Source: Ignavibacteriales bacterium
Lineage (GTDB): Bacteria > Bacteroidota > Ignavibacteria > UBA10030 > UBA6906
Direction: 5' to 3'
Assembly (NCBI GenBank): GCA_037441705.1
Contig: JBBIRR010000065.1
Coordinates: forward strand, 1 to 15,187
DNA length: 15,187 nucleotides
Below the pieces are notes generated by a model. It had not been told where the DNA came from, did no database searches, and saw nothing but the letters and a program-made list of their open reading frames with translations. Below, piece by piece: positions 8,171 to 15,187 of this stretch (within the stretch, counting starts at the first letter, position 1; every line of letters begins with the position of its first letter). Made by a program: the position numbers and the translations under genes.

Positions 8171-8554
8171 TTACACCGCCTCCAGCACACGCTGCAACCG
8201 CGCTCGAACTTCATCCGCAATAGGCTGCAATGCCGGATTATCAATGAGCTGACGCATTACGATCGGGTCGAAAATGGCAACGGCCGTGCCGCCGTTCTTT
8301 TCATACACGATGACGTTGCAGGGCAACAGCAGCCCGATCTCTTCTTCCGCCTGCAGCGCTTTGAACGCAAACGGCGGATTGCACGCGCCGAGAATGACGT
8401 ACTTCTTGAAGTCCGCGTCCAGCTTCTTTTTCAGCGTCTCCTTCACGTCAATGGTCGTCAGCACCCCGAATCCTTCTTTCTTTAGTTCTTCGGTGACTTT
8501 CTCGACCGCCTGCTCGAACTGCATGTTCACAAGTTTTGAAAAGCCGTAGGTCAT
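8171..8554 (-). CDS. DUF302 domain protein
   Basis: EGFGVLTTIDV, YVILGACNP and IGLLLPCNVIV are typical of DUF302; 127 aa. Confidence 0.9.
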   Translation of the reverse strand: MTYGFSKLVNMQFEQAVEKVTEELKKEGFGVLTTIDVKETLKKKLDADFKKYVILGACNPPFAFKALQAEEEIGLLLPCNVIVYEKNGGTAVAIFDPIVMRQLIDNPALQPIADEVRARLQRVLEAV

Positions 8555-8655
8555 GGTCGTCTCTTTGGTGACATGTTTCGTTTGTTATCGAACCGCGAAT
8601 CCGCGCGGATGAACGAGAATCGACAATCCTTTGGTTGAGCGAACAAGGTTGCAAG

Positions 8656-8811
8656 CTACCGTGCAATCAGCAGCCCGATCAGCGCACCGTACAGCGTGCT
8701 GATCCAGGGGTTCGACGTGAGGGGGCACGCGCCGGTTTTGCAACCGATGAAACGGTAGTACCCATAGCCGGCAGCCGCGCCTGCGGCAACGGGCCAGTAC
8801 GATACGATCAT
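8656..8811 (-). CDS. Small two-TM membrane protein with GCxxGxCP motif (DUF6132-like)
   Basis: GYGYYRFIGCKTGACPLTSNPWISTLYGALIG; 51 aa; ATG overlaps the rhodanese stop (ATGA). Confidence 0.8.
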   Translation of the reverse strand: MIVSYWPVAAGAAAGYGYYRFIGCKTGACPLTSNPWISTLYGALIGLLIAR

Positions 8812-9194
8812 TTCAGTCCAGAGAGCTTCCACTCTGCGATGCCTCCTTTCATGTTTGCCGACGTGTAGCCAAGCTTTTTCAGCGTTGCCGCCGCCGATGC
8901 GCTTCGGCTGCCCGTCGCGCAGTAGCACACGATCTCACGGTGCCTGTACTTCTGTAACTCGTCTGCCCTGCGCCTCAGCTCATGCAGGGGAATGTGCAGC
9001 GAGCCTTTGATCGCGCCCTGTCGGTGTTCATCCGCTGTCCGCACATCAAGCAGCACAACGCGGTGCTGGTTCATCTTCTCCATCACTTCCTTCGGCGTGT
9101 ACTGCGCGAGTGAACGGAGCAGAAGCACGCGGCGCGCATACAGAACGAGGGCCACCGCAACAATGCCGTAGAAAAGAATCTGTGACGCTTCCAT
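8808..9194 (-). CDS. Membrane-anchored single-domain rhodanese (sulfurtransferase)
   Basis: LLDVRTADE, IKGSLHIP, active loop CATGSRS, MKGGIAEW; N-terminal hydrophobic helix; start overlaps the upstream stop (TGATG). Confidence 0.9.
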   Translation of the reverse strand: MEASQILFYGIVAVALVLYARRVLLLRSLAQYTPKEVMEKMNQHRVVLLDVRTADEHRQGAIKGSLHIPLHELRRRADELQKYRHREIVCYCATGSRSASAAATLKKLGYTSANMKGGIAEWKLSGLK

Positions 9195-9430
9195 CAGTCC
9201 ACCCCACATGCGCCGCCGCAACACCCGCCTGTATCGCACGAAGACGAGAACGTCTCTGCACCCGCCGACATGCTTCTGCCGCTCAGCGACACATTCGGCG
9301 CCGAAAGCAGTCGAGTGTGGTTGCCCGAATGACACGACGGGCAGACGACATCCTCCATCACCTCACGCACTTTATGGAAAACGTCATAGATCGTACCGCA
9401 GTCATTGCAGCGATAGTCGTAAATGGGCAT
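9194..9430 (-). CDS. FmdB-family zinc-ribbon protein with Cys-rich tail
   Basis: MPIYDYRCNDCG...CPSC..RLLS signature; tail SCDTGGCCGGACG; AGGAG upstream of ATG 9430. Confidence 0.9.
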   Translation of the reverse strand: MPIYDYRCNDCGTIYDVFHKVREVMEDVVCPSCHSGNHTRLLSAPNVSLSGRSMSAGAETFSSSCDTGGCCGGACGVD

Positions 9431-9514
9431 ACACAGGCTCCTGTATTCCGAAAAGATACACTCTGAGAATAAGATGCAGCATTGCCAAAAGAGGGTCAAG
9501 CAAAGCCCTCGTTC

Positions 9515-10936
9515 CTACCGTGCACTTCGATTGAGAAACGTTTGTGCAAACTGGATGAAACGGTAGACATCGGCAAAATTGGTGACGAGGCCGAGCGAGA
9601 TACGTACGGCGCCGGCCGTTTTCCCCTTTGCAGCGATGAGGCACTTCTCGAACGACGCGCGTTCCTCGTGCGTGAAGCACTCACTCATATCCGTCTTCGT
9701 CAGCCCGAAGGCGATTTCGCCCGCCCCGGGGTTGCAGAAACACCCTGTGCGCAGAGAAATGTTATGGCGACATGCTTCGTCTTCCACCGTGTGAAAATCA
9801 AACACAACACCATCGGGATCGTGAAAGTTGAATGCAATGGTTCCGCCGCGCATGGTCGTGTCACGCGGACCGTAGACCTCCACGAGCGGCGCGCCGTTGG
9901 AGTGGTGCAGTGAGTCCATCGCGCTCAACACCCAACCGGTCAGCGCCGTCACCCGCCGGTGGATGACTTCATGTCCGATCTCCTGGAGGAACCTCAATCC
10001 GATCTCGACGGCGGGAAGCCCGAGGTAGTTGATGGTGCCGTCTTCGAACGCCCGATCACCCTCCGCAAGATGGTAGCGATCCGCCTGCACGGAAGCGATC
10101 TCGATCGTTCCACCCGAGAACCACGGTCTGCGCAATTTCTTCAGCGCAGCCTTGCGTGCAATCAGGCAGCCGATGCCCGTTGGGTAGCCGAACATTTTGT
10201 AGAACGACAGCGGAACGAAGTCGGGTTTGTGCACACGCAGATCGAGATGGTTGGTGGGAACAAACGCGGCCGCATCAAGAATCACGTCCCAGCCGCGGGT
10301 GTGTGCGTGCTCGATCCACTCCAGCGAATGCTGCACGCCCGAGAAGTTCGACTGCGCGGGATACACAAATAAATTGTTTCCCTTCGGATTGGGGCGATCC
10401 AACTGCTGTCGCAGCGCATCCTCATCAATGCGGAGGTCCGGAGCAACCACCGGCACGTAGGCGATGCTGGCGCCTTTGGCTCGCGCAAACTCCCTGATCC
10501 CGTTTACCGCGTTATGATTGTCGAACGTCAGCACGTAGCGCGCGCTGGCATCAAAGGGATAGGCTTCGCCGACGAGTTTCAGCGCGCCGCTGGCGTTCGG
10601 CGTGAAGATCGCGACGTACTCCTCCGGCGGCGCGCTGAAGTATTCGAGGACGAACCGCCGCGCATGCTCGTCCATTTCGGTAGAAGCGAGCGATGAAGGA
10701 TTGTGGGAATGCGGATTGCCGAAAACACCTGCCTTGAGGATTGCCATGTGTTCGCTGATCTGCCGTTCGGCATACTGGCCGCCGCCGGTATAGTCCAGGT
10801 ACACCTGGTTGAGCGCATCCAGCCGCGAAAACTCGCGTGCCCTGAGAGTGTCAATACACTGCGTGGAGTCGTATTCTGAGTACGACGCCCTGAATGCGTC
10901 GAATGCTTCCTCGTAGGAGGGAATCGTTGCTTTCAT
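9515..10936 (-). CDS. Class V aminotransferase-fold PLP enzyme, molybdenum cofactor sulfurase-like cysteine desulfurase domain
   Basis: YLDYTG, NPHS, PAQSNFSG, LDAAA, SFYKMFGYPTGIGCL (PLP Lys), RTGCFCNPGA (persulfide Cys region), GAVRISLG. Start uncertain (10936 or 10993). Confidence 0.88.
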   Translation of the reverse strand: MKATIPSYEEAFDAFRASYSEYDSTQCIDTLRAREFSRLDALNQVYLDYTGGGQYAERQISEHMAILKAGVFGNPHSHNPSSLASTEMDEHARRFVLEYFSAPPEEYVAIFTPNASGALKLVGEAYPFDASARYVLTFDNHNAVNGIREFARAKGASIAYVPVVAPDLRIDEDALRQQLDRPNPKGNNLFVYPAQSNFSGVQHSLEWIEHAHTRGWDVILDAAAFVPTNHLDLRVHKPDFVPLSFYKMFGYPTGIGCLIARKAALKKLRRPWFSGGTIEIASVQADRYHLAEGDRAFEDGTINYLGLPAVEIGLRFLQEIGHEVIHRRVTALTGWVLSAMDSLHHSNGAPLVEVYGPRDTTMRGGTIAFNFHDPDGVVFDFHTVEDEACRHNISLRTGCFCNPGAGEIAFGLTKTDMSECFTHEERASFEKCLIAAKGKTAGAVRISLGLVTNFADVYRFIQFAQTFLNRSAR

Positions 10937-11226
10937 GAGAGATTGGGCATTGTGTGTAAGATGAATGAACCGAGACGGCTGCGCTCTCGTCAATTGTCAC
11001 GTTCTATGCCAACGAAACAGCCTACCGCATCGGCTCGCTCAATAGATAGTAAAGAAAATTTGGTAAGAATTGGAAGCCCGCCTCTCAGGATTTGGAACTG
11101 TTCGGCGGCTTGATAATATCGAGGGCAAGCTGTATTATTACCCACCGCCCCGGCAACGTCGGCAACTTGCATGAGGCCGCATTCTCCGCAGAGAGAAAAA
11201 TACACGGCAACGACCTTACGCCTCAT

Positions 11227-11322
11227 CAAGATGGAAAGTGGATGATTGTGGTGGACATCTTCAACACCGATCTTCCGGCGCCCGCCCCGCCTCCGGCAGA
11301 GCCGGCCAAGAAAGGAAAGTAG
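11227..11322 (+). pseudogene. C-terminal relic of a DUF4440/YybH (NTF2-like) protein
   Basis: QDGKWMIVVDIFNTDLP resembles the C-terminus of YybH/DUF4440 proteins. No intact upstream frame with a matching N-terminus. Confidence 0.5.
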
Positions 11323-11345
11323 TCAGGGCAGATTTAGGTTAGCTG

Positions 11346-12611
11346 ATGGCGGACACTACCGCGTCGGGGATTCGACAGGTTCTCGACGCCATCTATCGTT
11401 CGGACTCGCATCGCATCCTCGCGACGTTGATTCGTCTGCTGGGCGACTTCGACGTTGCCGAGGAGGCGATGCAGGATGCCTTCGCTGCGGCATTGGAGAA
11501 GTGGCCCGTAGAGGGTATGCCGGCGAACCCTCGTGCGTGGCTGATCTCCACCGGTCGCTTCAAGGGAATTGACAGTCTCAGACGCATAGCGCGCTTCGAC
11601 GGAACACAAAGCGAACTCGTCGAGGAGATCGCCGCGGTAGGCAACAGTCCGGCCGATCTCGCCAATGCGGCGGTGAAAGATGACGAACTGCGGCTCATCT
11701 TCACCTGCTGCCACCCCGCATTGTCGCCGGAAGCGCAGGTTGCCCTCACGCTGCGCGAGGTGTGCGGACTCACCACCGAGGAGATCGCCCGTGCCTTCCT
11801 CACCAGTCCAACAACTCTTGCGCAGCGTATCGTGCGCGCCAAAGCGAAGATTCGGGATGCGCGCATTCCGTATCAACTACCTTCGCATGTCGATCTGACC
11901 GGACGCCTTGCCGCTGTCCTCCACGTCATCTACCTCGTGTTCAATGAAGGATACTCGGCGTCATCCGGCGACGCGCTGACCCGACCCGATCTTTCGGGTG
12001 AGGCAATTCGCCTCGGACGATTGCTTCTCGATCTTCTGCCCGAACCGGAGGTGATGGGACTTCTCGCGCTGATGCTTCTTCAGGAATCCCGACGCGCCGC
12101 ACGCACTTCTGCCGAAGGTGATCTGGTTTTATTGGAAGATCAGGATCGCTCGCTGTGGAATCGGGAGTACATTAACGAAGGCGTTGCGTTGGTCGAGCGC
12201 TCGCTTCGAGCGACGAGAAGTCGTTCGATTCCTGCAGGTCCCTACACACTGCAAGCCGCCATTGCCGCCGTTCATGCCGAAGCGCCCACCTCAGCGGAAA
12301 CGGACTGGAACGAAATCGTCGCCCTGTACGACGTGCTTTTGGGTCAACAACCCTCTCCGGTCATTGAGCTGAACCGTGCCGTTGCCGTTGCGATGCGAGA
12401 CGGACCGCAGGCAGGACTTGATCTGATCAACGCGATTCTTGCACGGGGAGAATTGGCTGACTACCATCTCGCCCACTCAGCCCTCGCTGATCTGTACCGG
12501 AGAGCGGGAAAGAAAGCGGAAGCCCGAGCCGCATACGAACGTGCGCTCGCACTCACGAAGCAGGAGCCGGAACGGAGATTTTTGGAGAGAAGGGTGGAGG
12601 AGCTTGGTTAG
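11346..12611 (+). CDS. ECF RNA polymerase sigma factor with DUF6596/TPR C-terminal extension (ECF42-type)
   Basis: Sigma2 DVAEEAMQDAF..ALEKWP; DDELRLIFTCCHPAL; sigma4 GLTTEEIARAF; YLVFNEGY, QDRSLW, GPYTLQAAIAAVH; TPR-like tail. Confidence 0.93.
   Translation: MADTTASGIRQVLDAIYRSDSHRILATLIRLLGDFDVAEEAMQDAFAAALEKWPVEGMPANPRAWLISTGRFKGIDSLRRIARFDGTQSELVEEIAAVGNSPADLANAAVKDDELRLIFTCCHPALSPEAQVALTLREVCGLTTEEIARAFLTSPTTLAQRIVRAKAKIRDARIPYQLPSHVDLTGRLAAVLHVIYLVFNEGYSASSGDALTRPDLSGEAIRLGRLLLDLLPEPEVMGLLALMLLQESRRAARTSAEGDLVLLEDQDRSLWNREYINEGVALVERSLRATRSRSIPAGPYTLQAAIAAVHAEAPTSAETDWNEIVALYDVLLGQQPSPVIELNRAVAVAMRDGPQAGLDLINAILARGELADYHLAHSALADLYRRAGKKAEARAAYERALALTKQEPERRFLERRVEELG
12514..12592 (+). 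repeat. 79-bp direct repeat, copy 1 (3' end of sigma gene)
   Basis: Matches 13325-13403 with 3 mismatches. Confidence 0.92.
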
Positions 12612-12931
12612 ATTTTTATCTCGATGACACCTACAGTCAACGGTTGGGAGAGCTTTGCCGTTAGTACTGGGACCAATCGTCTTAATGTCTGATAGGTGTT
12701 ATCCGAGGCGTTCAGCACAAAAACGGTGGTAGGAAGCTTGCGGAAGTTCTGCTGATGTTCCAGGTTCCTATCGAAGGTGATCAAAGCATCAAAGCCCTCT
12801 GCGATCATCAAGCTGATCAGTTCTCCGTTGCTTTTTCCTGTCCAGCCCTTTTCCCGTACGGTGAAGACTTCAATGTCGCGGAGGTCCTGCTTGAGCCTCT
12901 TCGGCACATTCTCGTCAAGCAGAAGTTTCAT
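12608..12931 (-). CDS. DUF5615 PIN-like toxin (VapC45-type)
   Basis: MKLLLDENVP, GWTGKSNGELI and ALITFDRNL acidic PIN motifs; overlaps the DUF433 gene. Confidence 0.88.
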   Translation of the reverse strand: MKLLLDENVPKRLKQDLRDIEVFTVREKGWTGKSNGELISLMIAEGFDALITFDRNLEHQQNFRKLPTTVFVLNASDNTYQTLRRLVPVLTAKLSQPLTVGVIEIKI

Positions 12932-13151
12932 ACAGGGACTTCAGGTTCTTTGAAGTCGTCAGCTTCTCTGCTATTTCTAAGACCTGAATGACTTGTTCAC
13001 GCGTAACGGTAGGGAAATCTTCAAGAAACTCGTCGATCGAAACGCCTTGTTCCAGGTGTGCAAAGAGGCTTTCAATGGGAACTCGCGTGCCTTTGAACAC
13101 CGGTGTGCCGCCGAGGATTTCCGGGTCGATATGGATGACATCGAAGTGCAT
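12915..13151 (-). CDS. DUF433 antitoxin (VapB45-type)
   Basis: IDPEILGGTPVFKGTRVP...IDEFLEDFPTV signature; upstream of and overlapping the PIN toxin. Confidence 0.92.
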   Translation of the reverse strand: MHFDVIHIDPEILGGTPVFKGTRVPIESLFAHLEQGVSIDEFLEDFPTVTREQVIQVLEIAEKLTTSKNLKSLYETSA

Positions 13152-13324
13152 ACAGGTAATCAGCAGACAGGCATTGTCAATATCGTCATCGGCGTTCTAA
13201 ATTGCAAACTCTTCGAATCACATGGTGCCAGCTGAACGTAATCGAATTGTCGAGTGAGCACATTAGAAACAGTTTTGTCGCCTACAAACAACCATTGTTG
13301 AAGCAAAATGTTCTCAACTGGAAG

Positions 13325-13437
13325 AAGCGGAAGCCCGAGCCGCATTCGAACGTGCGCTTGCACTCACCAAGCAGGAGCCGGAACGGAGATTTTTGGAGAG
13401 AAGAATAGGGGAGTTACGTGTTTCAACGGAGTTGTAA
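13325..13437 (+). pseudogene. Second, diverged copy of the sigma-factor 3' end
   Basis: Reads AEARAAFERALALTKQEPERRFLERRIGELRVSTEL-stop versus AEARAAYERALALTKQEPERRFLERRVEELG-stop in the intact gene. Confidence 0.85.
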
Positions 13438-13440
13438 AGA

Positions 13441-13647
13441 TTAGCCCCCACCCGCCCGCAGTTCTTTGTACGCAGCCGCAGCCATCCAGACGCTTATCAC
13501 TTCGCGAAACGGCAGGTCGTTCATGTAGCGGACAAAGATCTCCTCATTCTGGTCCATGCGCTCGACGAACAGGCGCTTGAGAAGCCCGCGGAACACCAGC
13601 TCAAACTTGTCCTCGGGATTGACCGCCGCGGGTTGACGCAGGTCCTC
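13441..13647 (-). pseudogene. hsdR: C-terminal relic of type I restriction enzyme R subunit
   Basis: LRQPAAVNPEDKFELVF..LL..LFVERMDQNEEIFVRYMND..F matches my recollection of the C-terminus of a type I R subunit clade. The rest of the gene is absent. Confidence 0.65.
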
Positions 13648-13850
13648 TCCCGCAACGCCGTGTTCGCCGCCTATCACATGGGAAAACTCCGAGGATAACT
13701 CTCCGGGCATCATCGCGAAGGGAAACAAACGGATCCACGCTAGAGGCGGAGGTGTGAAGGGCAGGGATACTGCTGCGATGTTCTCAGTTTTCAACAGAGG
13801 GATTTGTCCCGATGGCAATTTTCTGTCTTTTTTCCTATCTACTGTTTGCA

Positions 13851-14584
13851 ATGCAAGTCGATGACATCATAAGCTACGCCGATCTCGTGTCTGAAGAGAA
13901 AGTGAACCTTCAGAAGGGGATGAATTTTGGCATCAAAAAAGGATATTCGATTCTTCTCATGTCAACGAGAAAGGGTGCCCCGTATGCTGATGAGTTTGAA
14001 AAAAAACCGGCGTTCTGATTTATGAGGGACATGATCAGCCCAAGTCAAAAAGTTCCTCGAACCCCAAAACAGTAGACCAGCCACTAACGACTCCCAAAGG
14101 AGCATGGACAGAAAACGGTAAGTTTTTCAAAGCTGCTATTGACTTCAAGAGCGGACTCCGTGACAAACCCGAGTTAGTTAAGGTCTATGAGAAAATTCAA
14201 CGTGGTATTTGGTGTTACAAAGGTTTTTTTGAGCTAGTGGATGCGAAAATCGTTTCGGATTGCAAAAGAAACGTGTTCAAATTCTATCTAAGGCCAGTAG
14301 AGAGGAAAGCCTTTGGGAGAATTGTAGAGCTACCGCATACACGTCTCATTCCCAAACAGGTAAAACTGCAAGTTTGGCAACGAGACAAGGGGAGATGTGT
14401 GCTCTGTGGAAGTGATAGAAATCTCCACTTCGATCATGAGATTCCTTTTTCTAAAGGTGGTAGCAGCCTGACAGCAGAGAACATTCGTCTTCTTTGTGCA
14501 AGACACAATTTGCAAAAATCAGACAAGATATTGGCGATACTTCCCTTCGCGGTGTCTCTGGATATTGCACAAAACTACTCGTAA
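13851..14584 (+). pseudogene. HNH endonuclease with SRA/YDG-like N-terminal domain, split by a -1 frameshift in an A8 run
   Basis: Frame from ATG 13851 reads ...APYADEFEKK and the -1 frame is open from 14006 (TGVLIYEGHD...) to the stop at 14584. HNH motif RDKGRCVLCG..HFDHEIPFSKGG..N..LLC..HN. One extra A gives a 244-aa protein. Confidence 0.82.
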
Positions 14585-14786
14585 ACTACTCACCTTCTTT
14601 TCTGTCAATTTCCAAACCCATTTCCTTTTCAACTAACCGTGTGCCCCTACCCATACAATTTTTCTCAGCTCTTGCTCAAGCGGTTTCAAGTCGCGGATGC
14701 TATGCTCTATCTCCTACCTAATGTCAAGAGTCAGAAACTATAGCAGTCGTCCGACTACTATCGTGAGGTAAGAAATAGATTCTGAG

Positions 14787-14858
14787 GGCACCGGCTTCCG
14801 GGAAACTTTGTAGAGCCTGCGGTCCGGGTTCGTTTGCGCGCTTCCCGCAAGCGGTGCC
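14787..14858. repeat. Imperfect inverted repeat
   Basis: ggcaccggcttccgggaa (14787-14804) versus ttcccgcaagcggtgcc (14842-14858). Confidence 0.5.
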
Positions 14859-14957
14859 TTGTTCTTGTCGCCCGAGAGGTTGGGCGCCGAGGAGCGACTG
14901 GAGGTTATGGGGGCAGAATTATTCTTGCAAGATTGTTTATCTTGGACCGAGCTGACA

Positions 14958-15187
14958 TTCAACCCCTTTGGGGTTGGCTATCCCCGTGTCTGTTCTATTT
15001 CCGTCCGTCTCCTGGCGGACGGTTATTCATGTTCAATCCCTTCGGGATTGACCGGATTGTTCGTCGAGCCTGACGGGGTTCAACGTGAGGCTGGCTATCC
15101 CAGTGTCTGTTCTATTTCCGTCCGTCTCCTGGCGGACGGTTATTCATGTTCAATCCCTTCAGGATTGACAGGATGGTTCGTCGAGGC
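14958..15187. repeat. REP-like tandem repeat, 94-bp unit with 117-bp period (runs off the window)
   Basis: 14975-15068 and 15092-15185 differ at 4 positions. Hairpins ccgtccg...cggacgg and caatccc-ttc-gggattg; related caacccc-ttt-ggggttg at 14960-14976. Confidence 0.88.

Noticed and set aside
7175-8485. 436-aa plus-strand ORF
   Set aside because: Antisense to the well-supported GT9 and DUF302 genes; a typical high-GC shadow frame.
13160-13320. Short ORFs between DUF433 and the repeated sigma tail, and at 14585-14960
   Set aside because: No recognisable motifs or RBS; possibly decayed fragments, but not supportable without a search.
12514-13403. Diversity-generating retroelement VR/TR pair
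   Set aside because: Mismatches are not adenine-specific (A/T, C/T, G/C) and no reverse transcriptase is in the window.
14975-15185. CRISPR array
   Set aside because: The 94-bp repeat is far too long, only two copies are visible, and there are no cas genes. The 8-mer array at 5175-5368 has no spacers either.

Overview
GC-rich bacterial window, probably FCB group (Bacteroidota/Ignavibacteria-like; inferred from gene content and Gln-starting mature secreted proteins). Left to right it holds: a REP-like palindrome cluster; a secreted M16B metallopeptidase pair (active + inactive subunit); an ~860 bp intergenic region dense in palindromic repeats; a minus-strand buk-ptb operon separated by a 24-unit 8-bp tandem array; a GT9 glycosyltransferase; a minus-strand Cys-rich cluster (Moco-sulfurase-like PLP enzyme, FmdB zinc ribbon, membrane rhodanese, DUF6132-like, DUF302); an ECF42-type sigma factor; and an AT-richer accessory/defence patch (DUF433/DUF5615 toxin-antitoxin pair bracketed by a duplicated sigma 3' end, an hsdR relic, a frameshifted SRA-like/HNH nuclease), ending in a 117-bp-period repeat. 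The most unusual observations are the tandem array reading as overlapping Met-Glu-stop mini-ORFs whose common variants are all synonymous, the putative persulfide-relay cluster, a 134-bp structured element present twice upstream of two operons, the duplicated sigma 3' end and the A8 frameshift in the nuclease. Family calls come from motif recognition, not database searches.
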